A DNA stretch of 60,884 nucleotides from a bacterium (GTDB lineage Bacteria > Chloroflexota > Dormibacteria > Aeolococcales > Aeolococcaceae). The stretch lies in assembly GCA_021847925.1 (NCBI GenBank), contig JAJZNI010000164.1, positions 1 to 60,884 on the forward strand. Direction: 5' to 3'. The notes beneath the pieces are model-generated. The model had not been told where the DNA came from and searched no databases. It saw only the letters and a list, made by a program, of their open reading frames with translations. Positions 8,893 through 21,302 of this stretch are shown in pieces (positions within the stretch are counted from its first letter, which is position 1; the number at the start of each line of letters is the position of its first letter). A program made the position numbers and the translations under genes.

Positions 8893-9672
8893 TCAGAACC
8901 TGAGGTGCGGGTCGGGCATGCCCGCCTGCACCAGCCGCACGTAGACCTCGGCCCAGACCACGCTGAACATGCTCACCCAGGCCCACATGGGATGGTTGGC
9001 GTTGAGCACGCTCACCCCCCGCCAGAGCCGGAAGCGGCTCTTCCCCCCGCGGACGCAGGAGTAGCAGTCCAGCCCGCCCCCCGCCAGGTGGCGGAAGGCA
9101 TGGCACCCGAAGGTGTAGGCGGAGAGGAGCACGGCGTTGAGGAGGAGGAAGAGGGTCCCCAGTCCCAGGTAGAGGTGTCCGCGGTCGTCGAAGGTCTCGA
9201 AGGCCTCGATCCAGAGGAAGACGACCACGATCACGGCCGGGTACCAGAAGAAGCGGTGGAGGTTGTTGAGCACGAGCGGGAGCCGCGTCTCGCCGCGGTA
9301 GCGGCGGCGGATCTCGCCGACCGCGCAGGCCGGTGGGTCCCAGAAGAAGGAGCGGTAGTAGGCCTTGCGGTAGTAGTAGCAGGTGGCCCGGAACCCGAGC
9401 GGTGACCAGAGGACCCAGAGGGCGGGCGTGACCGGCCCCGTCTTCCACCAGAGCGGCGAGAAGAAGGGCGAGAGGTAGGGTCCGGCCTCGGCGACGTGGT
9501 TTGGCCCCGGGCCGAAGAACGAGGTCCAGATCGAGTAACCGGTGAAGGCTGCCAGCGCCGCGACGACGGTCAGCGGCTGGGCCCACCAGGGGGTGGCCCG
9601 GCGAAGCCTGCCCCATGTCCCCAGCCCCTCGCGGTGGGGGCGCGCGACGGCGGGCGGAGCCTCGGCAGCCAT
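8893..9672 (-). CDS. Putative Sdh membrane anchor / cytochrome b-like subunit (mycobacterial Sdh1 Rv0249c-like)
   Basis: 259-aa polytopic membrane protein directly upstream of sdhA-sdhB. Conserved His/Cys-rich helices (FGCHAFRHLAGGGLDCYSC). Gene order matches the actinobacterial Sdh1 operon. Confidence 0.7.
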   Translation of the reverse strand: MAAEAPPAVARPHREGLGTWGRLRRATPWWAQPLTVVAALAAFTGYSIWTSFFGPGPNHVAEAGPYLSPFFSPLWWKTGPVTPALWVLWSPLGFRATCYYYRKAYYRSFFWDPPACAVGEIRRRYRGETRLPLVLNNLHRFFWYPAVIVVVFLWIEAFETFDDRGHLYLGLGTLFLLLNAVLLSAYTFGCHAFRHLAGGGLDCYSCVRGGKSRFRLWRGVSVLNANHPMWAWVSMFSVVWAEVYVRLVQAGMPDPHLRF

Positions 9673-9923
9673 GTGCGCCGCGTAGGCTAAACGATCGTCC
9701 GCTTCGCGGGTCTTCGCGGTGCCGCGGCGCCTGCGCGGGACGGGTGCGGGCGGGATCGCCCGCCTCGCGGATGCCCTCGGCCTGGCGCCTCACCCGCGGT
9801 TCCTGGTACATTCGGGGGTCAAACCCACGCTGTCCCGCGCAGCCCGGAGGTCCCCCAGGGTCGCGCGGCGGCGGCGAGCGGGTCGTCCGCCAGCCCCGAC
9901 CACGGGAGCGCCCTCAGCCTCTC

Positions 9924-14447
<4,524 letters not shown>

Positions 14448-14473
14448 GCGCGAGCGCGCCGCGGGGCGCCGAG

Positions 14474-14607
14474 CTGGGCGGTGAGCGCCGCGCGGGGTGA
14501 TGGCCTCGCGGCCGCGCGCTGGGGGTGAGCGCCGCCCGGGGTGATGGCCTCACGGCCGCGCGCTGGGCGGTGAGCGCCGCGCGGGGTGATGGCCTCACGG
14601 CCGCGCG
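14474..14607. repeat. 45/44/45-bp tandem direct repeat (3 copies) in the convergent gltB / GT2 gap
   Basis: ctgggcggtgagcgccgcgcggggtgatggcctc(g/a)cggccgcgcg x3 (starts at 14474, 14519, 14563). Each unit can fold as gcgcgg..gtga-tggcc-tcac..ccgcgc. The GT2 stop codon (complement of 14595-14597) lies in copy 3. Confidence 0.85.
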
Positions 14608-16835
14608 GCGGGGGGTGACGACGGTGGGGTCGACCGGAGGGACGGGCGTGGCGTGGGCGACGCCGCCGGAGAGGCCGACGGGGAGGCCGACGGCGACGGG
14701 GACGCCGACGGGGAGGGGGACGCCGACGCCGATGGAGACGGAGACGCCGACGGGGAGGCCGACGGCGACGGGGACGGGCTGGGCGAGGCCGCAGGGGACG
14801 GCGTGTCCCGCGGGGTGGACGCCGGGCTCGGGGTTGCCGCCGGCGCCGGGGTGGCCGCCCCGCCGATCGGAGGGATGTTCGGGAAACGCGTGCCCGGAGA
14901 CGTGGACGGAGCGGCCCCCACGGCGGCGACGACGATCGCCACGGCCGCGGCCACCACGCCGCCGGCGCCGAGGGCGGTGAGCAGCGGCGCCATCGAGGGC
15001 CGGTCCCCCGTCGACTGCGGCGAGAGCAGGAAGGCGCGGCGCGCCGGCGTCATGGTGATCCTCTCGGCGGAGACGGCCGCCCACGGCGCGCTGGAGTAGA
15101 CGAAGGCCTCGAAGAGCAGGAGGATCGCGAGGAGGATGGTGGAGAGGCTGAGCGCCCGCACCAGCATCGCCGCGACGGCGAGGACCACGGCGACGGCGAT
15201 GGTGCTCTCCGCGGCGCTGTAGCGGATGCCCCTCAGCACCCGGCCGCCCTGGGTCACCTTGGGGGTTCGCAGGAAGGCGGCACCGCGCTTCACGGCGCCG
15301 CGCAGGCAGGCCAGAGACACGACCCAGGAGAGGGCGAACCAGACGCGCAGCGCGCGCAGCGCGTCCCCCCAGGTGCACCCCGTGGTCCGGCGCAGCGCCC
15401 AGAGGGCGCGCAGCACCCCGGTCACGAGGAAGACCAGGGGCACGGCCAGCACGGCCCCGGCCATCTGCCGGACGGGGAGCGGGTGGTGCGCGGCGGCCGC
15501 CGCCGCGGTGACCACCAGGATCAGGGTGAACAGGGCGGTGAGGAGATCCCCGAACCACTGCGCGGAGCCGAGCAGGAAGTGGACTCGCTGGGCGGTGCTG
15601 AGCCGGAGCCGGTGCCGCGCGAACGGCAGCACCTCGCGCCAGTGCGTGCGCAGCATCTGGATGCCGCCGAGGGCCCAGCGGAAGCGCTGCTTCTTGAGCC
15701 CGTCGAAGCTCAGCGGCATCAGCCCCGCGCCCCACGGCCGGGGGTCGTAGACGCCGGTCATCTCGCCGGGCAGGGCGAGCATGCGCAGGCTGCACTCGGC
15801 GTCCTCGGTGATGCAGGTCGGATCCCATCCCCCGGCCGCCTCCAGCACCGTGCGCCGGATCAGACCCATGGTGCCGCAGAAGATGATCGCGTTGCGGTGT
15901 GCCCGCGAGGGCATGGTCACGTCGAAGAAGTAGCGGTAGCTGAAGAAGAGCCCGCGCAGGTAGGCGTCATCCTCCCAGTCGCGATAGTGCTGCGCCGCCT
16001 GGACGAACGCGACGTGCGGGTCCGCGAAGTGGGGGGCCGTGCCCATCAGCCACCCCGGATGGACCTCGTAGTCGGCGTCGACCACCCCGATCACCTCGAC
16101 CTCGGCGGGCAGGCGCCGCGTCGCCTCGTTGAGGGCTCCCGCCTTGAACCCCGGCCACCGCTCCAGGTGCATGAACTGGAAGCGCGGCCCCAGCCTCTCG
16201 CAGACCGCCTCCAGCGCCCCCCACACCCTGGGGTCGGGCGTGTTGTTGTCGACCACCTGGACCATGTACGCCGGGTAGTCGAGACGGGCCAGCGCCTCGA
16301 GGGTGCGCTGCACCACCTCAACGGGCTCGTTGTAGGTGGGGACCTGGATGGCGACCAGGGGAGGCGGCCCGGTCCCGGGCGGCGGCGGCGGGGTCCCGCG
16401 CCGGCCGAGGACATCGAGCATCTCGAACGCGTAGGAGAGGCTCAGCGCGAGGGCCGCGACCTCGAGGAGGAGAAGGAGGCTGGAGGCAAGGGCAAACACG
16501 GGTCCCGTGGTCTGCGCCGCGGTCAGACCGCAGGCGTAGGCGACGTAGCTCAGCGCGGCGAGGGTGAGCATCGCGAACATGAGGGTTGCGAGCCCCTGCC
16601 AGTGCCGCAGCAGGAACCGGCCCGCCACCCAGGCGGCGAGGCCGGCGACCCCGAGCACCCTTCCCGCCGCCGGGTCCCCCGTGATGACGGCGGTGAGGAA
16701 CCCGCTCCCCGCCAGGATGGCGAGCCCGGCGGGGACCGCGAGCGGCCACGGCGCCGCCGGCGCCCGGGGCAGCAGGCAGGCCACCGTGGCCAGCCCGGCG
16801 GCGATGGCAAAGAAGGCAAGGATCTCGATCAGCAC
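14595..16835 (-). CDS. Membrane-embedded processive family-2 glycosyltransferase (cellulose/chitin/PNAG-synthase-like) with a Ser/Pro-rich C-terminal tail
   Basis: ORF 14595..16898(-). GT2 core QVPTYNEP, VVDADY, TEDAECS and the Q(R)xRW motif KKQRFRWALGG. Multiple TM helices on both sides. GTG at 16835 is preceded by gggagg (alternative ATG at 16898). Confidence 0.8.
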   Translation of the reverse strand: MLIEILAFFAIAAGLATVACLLPRAPAAPWPLAVPAGLAILAGSGFLTAVITGDPAAGRVLGVAGLAAWVAGRFLLRHWQGLATLMFAMLTLAALSYVAYACGLTAAQTTGPVFALASSLLLLLEVAALALSLSYAFEMLDVLGRRGTPPPPPGTGPPPLVAIQVPTYNEPVEVVQRTLEALARLDYPAYMVQVVDNNTPDPRVWGALEAVCERLGPRFQFMHLERWPGFKAGALNEATRRLPAEVEVIGVVDADYEVHPGWLMGTAPHFADPHVAFVQAAQHYRDWEDDAYLRGLFFSYRYFFDVTMPSRAHRNAIIFCGTMGLIRRTVLEAAGGWDPTCITEDAECSLRMLALPGEMTGVYDPRPWGAGLMPLSFDGLKKQRFRWALGGIQMLRTHWREVLPFARHRLRLSTAQRVHFLLGSAQWFGDLLTALFTLILVVTAAAAAAHHPLPVRQMAGAVLAVPLVFLVTGVLRALWALRRTTGCTWGDALRALRVWFALSWVVSLACLRGAVKRGAAFLRTPKVTQGGRVLRGIRYSAAESTIAVAVVLAVAAMLVRALSLSTILLAILLLFEAFVYSSAPWAAVSAERITMTPARRAFLLSPQSTGDRPSMAPLLTALGAGGVVAAAVAIVVAAVGAAPSTSPGTRFPNIPPIGGAATPAPAATPSPASTPRDTPSPAASPSPSPSPSASPSASPSPSASASPSPSASPSPSASPSASPAASPTPRPSLRSTPPSSPPAARP

Positions 16836-17021
16836 CCGTGCGTGACCTCCCTTCCTGGTCGCGGAGGAGCGCGCCTCCCCCGCCCCGGCGGAGCCCACCG
16901 GCCCCGCTCTGCATGCCCACCCTAACGGGCCTGTACCGCATCCCGTTTCTCCGCAGCGCTCGGGATCGGGCGCCTGCCGCCCTGCGCCCCCCGCCGCGGC
17001 CCCGGGCCGGCGGGCGTCCCG

Positions 17022-18488
17022 TCAGCGGGCGAGCGCGCCCGCCATGCGGTCCAGCGGTGCCGGAAGCACGGTGGTCCCCATCAGGTGGCGGTCGACCGCC
17101 GCGGCGCAGCTGCGACCCTCGGCGATCGCCCAGACGATCAGGCTCTGGCCGCGGCCCATGTCGCCGCAGACGAACACCCCGTCCTGGTTGGTCGCCCAAC
17201 CGTCGTCACGGGCCACCGTTCCCCGGGGGCCGAGCGCAACCCCGAGCTGCTCGAGCAGCGGAGACCGCTCGGGCCCGCTGAACCCGAGGGCCAGCAGGAC
17301 CAGGTCGCAGGGGACGCGGCGCTCGGTCCCCTCCACCACCTCGAAACGGGGCCTCCCGCCCTCCACGCTGAGGGCGCAGTCGGCGAGCTCCAGGGCCGCC
17401 ACCCGCCCCTCCGCGTCACCCAGGAAGCGCTGGGTGGACACCGACCAGAGCCGCTCGCCCCCCTCCTCGTGCGCGGCGGACGAACGCAGCTGCAGCGGCC
17501 AGAGCGGCCACGGCGTGCTCGGGTCGCGCAGCTCGGGTGGCCGGGGCATGATCTCGAGCTGGAGGACGGCCGTGGCCCCCTGCCGGTGGGCCGTGCCGAG
17601 GCAGTCCGCGCCGGTGTCGCCGCCGCCGATGATCACGACACGGCGTCCCGCGGCGGAGATCGGGGACTCGGTGAGGTCCCCCTCCTGCACCCGGTTGCTC
17701 AGGGTGAGGTACTCCATCGCGTGGTGGACGCCGCCCAGGTCGCGGCCGGGGACGGGGAGGTCCCGGGGCACGGTGGAGCCGCCCGCCAGCACCAGCGCGT
17801 CCACCTGGGAGCGCAGCTCGCCGGCGTGGAGGTCCCGGCCCACCTCGATCCCGGTCTCGAAGGCGACCCCCTCGGAGCGCATCTGGGCGAGGCGGCGCTC
17901 CAGCACCCGCTTCTCGAGCTTGAACTCGGGGATCCCGTAGCGGAGCAGGCCCCCGGGCCGGTCCGCCCGCTCGTACACGACCACGTGGTGCCCGGCCCGG
18001 GCGAGCTGCTGGGCCGCGGCCAGCCCCGCCGGCCCCGACCCGATCACCGCGACCCGCCTGCCGGTCCGCTGCTGGGCCGGCCGGGGCACCACCCAGCCCT
18101 CGCTCCAGGCAACGTCCGCGATCTGCTTCTCGATGGCCTCGATGGTCACCGGCTGGTCGTTGATGGCGAGCACGCAGGCGGGCTCGCATGGGGCCGGGCA
18201 GAGGCGCCCGGTGAAGTCGGGGAAGTTGTTGGTGGCGTGCAGGCGCTCCGAGGCCTCCCGCCAGTCCCCCCGGTACACGAGGTCGTTCCACTCCGGGATG
18301 AGGTTGCCCAGCGGACAGCCGCTGTGGCAGAAGGGGGTTCCGCAGCCCATGCAGCGCTGGGCCTGGGCGGCCGTCTCCTCCCGCGGGGTGGGCTCGTACA
18401 CCTCGCGCCAGTCGCGCAGGCGCACCTCGAGGGGACGGCGCGCCGGGGACCGCCGATCATGGGTCATGAAGCCGCGGGGATCAGGCAT
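17022..18488 (-). CDS. gltD: Glutamate synthase small subunit (NADPH)
   Basis: Fe-S motifs CMGCGTPFCHSGCPLGN and CPAPCEPACV. Two dinucleotide folds: VAVIGSGPAGLAAA and VVIIGGGDTGADC. Confidence 0.9.
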   Translation of the reverse strand: MPDPRGFMTHDRRSPARRPLEVRLRDWREVYEPTPREETAAQAQRCMGCGTPFCHSGCPLGNLIPEWNDLVYRGDWREASERLHATNNFPDFTGRLCPAPCEPACVLAINDQPVTIEAIEKQIADVAWSEGWVVPRPAQQRTGRRVAVIGSGPAGLAAAQQLARAGHHVVVYERADRPGGLLRYGIPEFKLEKRVLERRLAQMRSEGVAFETGIEVGRDLHAGELRSQVDALVLAGGSTVPRDLPVPGRDLGGVHHAMEYLTLSNRVQEGDLTESPISAAGRRVVIIGGGDTGADCLGTAHRQGATAVLQLEIMPRPPELRDPSTPWPLWPLQLRSSAAHEEGGERLWSVSTQRFLGDAEGRVAALELADCALSVEGGRPRFEVVEGTERRVPCDLVLLALGFSGPERSPLLEQLGVALGPRGTVARDDGWATNQDGVFVCGDMGRGQSLIVWAIAEGRSCAAAVDRHLMGTTVLPAPLDRMAGALAR

Positions 18489-18638
18489 GGAACCACCCCC
18501 GGCCGGTGAGGCCCACGGCGCACACCATGGAGGCCCCGAGGGTGTGCGTGAGCGCCCGGGGACTCCTCATCGTGCTTCGCAGATTACCGGAATCGGGCCG
18601 CGACGCCGGACTGCCGGCGGCTTGCTACGCTCCGCGGG

Positions 18639-19457
18639 GTGGCGGCCCGACCCTACCTGGACTCCCCCACCCCCTTCGGCATCGCCCACCGGGGCGGCTC
18701 CAAGGAGCACCCGGAGAACACCCTGGAGGCATTCCAGGCGGCGGTCGACCTCGGCTACCGGTACCTCGAGACCGACGCCCAGTTGACCCGAGATGGGGTG
18801 GTCGTCGCCTTCCACGACGAGGTCCTCGATCGGGTGACCGACCTCACGGGCAGGGTCGCCGACCACTCCCTGGCCCAGGTGAGGCGCGCGGACGCCGCCC
18901 ACCGCTTCTCCCTGGACGCCGGGCGCAGCTTTCCGCTCCGCGGCCGGGGGGTGCGCATCCCCACCCTGGAGCAGGTGATCGGCGCCTGGCCCGATGTGCG
19001 GATCAATGTGGACGCCAAGACCGAGGCGGTGGTCGGCCCCCTGGTCGCCCTGGTGGCGCGCCTCGACGCCTGGGATCGCGTCTGCGTGGGCTCCTTCTCC
19101 GACGCCCGCCTCCGCCGGGTGCGCCGCCTCTCCGGCGGGCGCCTCTGCACCTCGATGGGGCGGGGGGCCGTGGCCGCGGCGCGGACCGCCTCGCTGCGCG
19201 GCCGCTTCCCCACCCTGGGAGGGGACTGCGCCCAGGTGCCGGTGCGGCAGTGGGGGGTGCGGGTGGTGGACGAGGCGTTTGTCCGCGCGGCGCACCGGGC
19301 GGGCGTCCAGGTCCACGTCTGGACGATCGACACCCGGTCCGAGATGGGGCGCCTGCTCGACCTCGGGGTCGACGGGATCATGAGCGACCGGCCCTCGCTG
19401 CTGCGCGACGTGATGCTCCGGCGCGGGCTCTGGAGGAGCCCGACCGCGGGGCCGTGA
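18639..19457 (+). CDS. Glycerophosphodiester phosphodiesterase family protein
   Basis: GDPD signature IAHRGGSKEHPENTLEAF...YLETDAQLTRDGVVVAFHD. GTG start. Confidence 0.85.
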   Translation: MAARPYLDSPTPFGIAHRGGSKEHPENTLEAFQAAVDLGYRYLETDAQLTRDGVVVAFHDEVLDRVTDLTGRVADHSLAQVRRADAAHRFSLDAGRSFPLRGRGVRIPTLEQVIGAWPDVRINVDAKTEAVVGPLVALVARLDAWDRVCVGSFSDARLRRVRRLSGGRLCTSMGRGAVAAARTASLRGRFPTLGGDCAQVPVRQWGVRVVDEAFVRAAHRAGVQVHVWTIDTRSEMGRLLDLGVDGIMSDRPSLLRDVMLRRGLWRSPTAGP

Positions 19458-19490
19458 GCCCGGGGGCCACCCCGGGGCGCCTCCGCCCGC

Positions 19491-20744
19491 CTACGGCGCG
19501 GCGTCCCCCGGGAACGGCTCGAGCCGCCGTGCCCGCAGCATCCGCCGGCCGGCGAGCACCACCAGCGCGGCGGCCAGCACGGCCCCCGCGCACATGATCC
19601 AGGCCACCGCGTAGCCGGCGTGGGTCGCGACCAGCCCGAAGGAGAGCGGGCCCAGCACCCCGGCGAGGCGGTTCCCGGCCTGGGTGATGCCGGTGGCCCG
19701 GGCCGGCGCTCGGAGATGGCTGCGGGTCACGGCGAAGTTGAACAGACCGTTCCAGCCCCAGCCGGCTCCGAAGGTGACCACCGCGCCCACCACGAACAGG
19801 AGGGGGATCCGCAGCGCCGAGCCCGCGGCGAGGGCGAGGTAGCCGGCCGTCCCGCAGGCGAGCATGCCGGCCACCACGCGGAGGTGGGAGTGACCCCTGC
19901 GATCCGCCCGGGCCCCGGCCGCGATCCGGACGGACACGGCGGCGGCGCCGGCGAGGGCGGCGACCAGACCCGCGCCGGCCCTGCTCAGCCCGGCGGCCAC
20001 CGCGGACACGACGAGGAAGGTGGTGAGGCCCGTCGCCGCGAAGACCCCGAGGGCGAAACCGACGCTCAGGACCAGGAGCGGTCCCAGCGGCTCGGGCTTC
20101 CCCCTCGGAGCGCGCCGAGATCGGCGGTGCGCGGCGAGCGACCCCCGGGAGCGCGGGCTCAGGGTGACGGCGAGCACCGCGACCCCGGCCGCAGCCGCGA
20201 AGGCCCAGCGCCAGCCGATGGTCAGGCCGATGCCGGGGACGGCCAGGCCCCCGAGCAGCGTGGCCAGGGGGACCGCCGACTGCTTGACCCCGAACGCCAG
20301 ACCCTGATGCCGCTCGGGGATGCGGCGGACCAGGAGCAGGTTGGTGGCGGGCTGCATCGCGGCGGAGGCGACGCCGGCCAGCATCAGGAACGCCACGAGG
20401 GTCACGAAGGAGCCGGCGAGCGCGGCGACCAGGGCGGCGGCCACGGCGGCGAGGCCCGCCGCCAGCCGCATGGTCCGGGCTCCGCCGATGTGGTCCGCGA
20501 GCCGTCCCGAGGGCACCGCGGCGGCGGCGGAAGCCAGGTAGCAGAGGCTCACCGCGGCACCGAGAGCGCTGACGCTCAGGTCGATGGAGCGGCCGATCTG
20601 CACCGCGAGGGACCCGACCAGGAAGACGCTGAGCGCCGTGGCGGTCGAGCCCAGCGCCGCGGCCGCGACATCACGCGCGTCGTGTCGCGGAGCCGGGGCG
20701 GCCACCACCGGGCCGGTGGTGGGAGCCGCCAGGAGGTCATCCAT
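19491..20744 (-). CDS. MFS transporter
   Basis: ORF 19491..20951(-). About 12 hydrophobic helices and an MFS-like loop LLLVRRIPERHQG. ATG at 20744 is chosen because the longer ORF runs into tRNA-His. Confidence 0.75.
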   Translation of the reverse strand: MDDLLAAPTTGPVVAAPAPRHDARDVAAAALGSTATALSVFLVGSLAVQIGRSIDLSVSALGAAVSLCYLASAAAAVPSGRLADHIGGARTMRLAAGLAAVAAALVAALAGSFVTLVAFLMLAGVASAAMQPATNLLLVRRIPERHQGLAFGVKQSAVPLATLLGGLAVPGIGLTIGWRWAFAAAAGVAVLAVTLSPRSRGSLAAHRRSRRAPRGKPEPLGPLLVLSVGFALGVFAATGLTTFLVVSAVAAGLSRAGAGLVAALAGAAAVSVRIAAGARADRRGHSHLRVVAGMLACGTAGYLALAAGSALRIPLLFVVGAVVTFGAGWGWNGLFNFAVTRSHLRAPARATGITQAGNRLAGVLGPLSFGLVATHAGYAVAWIMCAGAVLAAALVVLAGRRMLRARRLEPFPGDAAP

Positions 20745-20908
20745 CACACGTTGGTCCAATCCGGGTCGACGGAGGTCACGGGACCGCCGCGCGGCCGCAG
20801 CCGAGCCGTCCCCCATTCGGACGCGTGCAGGCCATCGCCCTGCAGGGCCGCACCATGGTTCGCGCCGTCCCCCGCCCGGACGAGCCGTGGTCACCGGGGC
20901 ACCCCGGG

Positions 20909-20986
20909 TGGGGTGGCGGGAGGGATTCGAACCCTCGACCTCCTGATCCACAGTCAGGCGCTCTAACCAGCTGAGCTACTGCCACC
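20909..20986 (-). tRNA. tRNA-His (anticodon GTG), with encoded G-1 and CCA
   Basis: The reverse complement folds as G(-1) GTGGCAG TA GCTC AGCTGGTTA GAGC G CCTGA CTGTGGA TCAGG AGGTC GAGGG TTCGAAT CCCTC CCGCCAC C CCA. G-1:C73 is the His identity element. One A6:C67 mismatch. Confidence 0.9.
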
Positions 20987-21093
20987 GCGGGTGGCCCCCC
21001 GGGGGGCGTCCCGCGATTATACCGGGGCCGCCTCGCGGCACCCGGAGCCGGGCGGGGGGCCCTGGCGCGGGTGCGGGTACACTGGCCGGGCCG

Positions 21094-21170
21094 GCCCCCT
21101 TAGCTCAGCGGAATAGAGCGGCCGCCTTCTAAGCGGCGGGTCGCAGGTTCGAGTCCTGCAGGGGGCGCCA
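21094..21170 (+). tRNA. tRNA-Arg (anticodon TCT, reads AGA), CCA encoded
   Basis: GCCCCCT TA GCTC AGCGGAATA GAGC G GCCGC CTTCTAA GCGGC GGGTC GCAGG TTCGAGT CCTGC AGGGGGC G CCA. Perfect cloverleaf. Confidence 0.9.
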
Positions 21171-21302
21171 TCCAGCGGTCTCTGAATTGCGCGACCCTTC
21201 ACCGCCCACCATCCCCGGGGCCTCTACGAACCCTTCCATCTCCGCCAGATCCGCGCCATACTCCCCCAATCGGCAGGCAGTGGAGAGTGTCGGGGCCCAC
21301 CC

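Noticed and set aside
20776-21202. Small ORFs 20776..20985(-) and 21017..21202(-) plus the 5' end of ORF 19491..20951(-)
   Set aside because: They overlap the tRNA-His and tRNA-Arg genes, whose cloverleaf folds are unambiguous.
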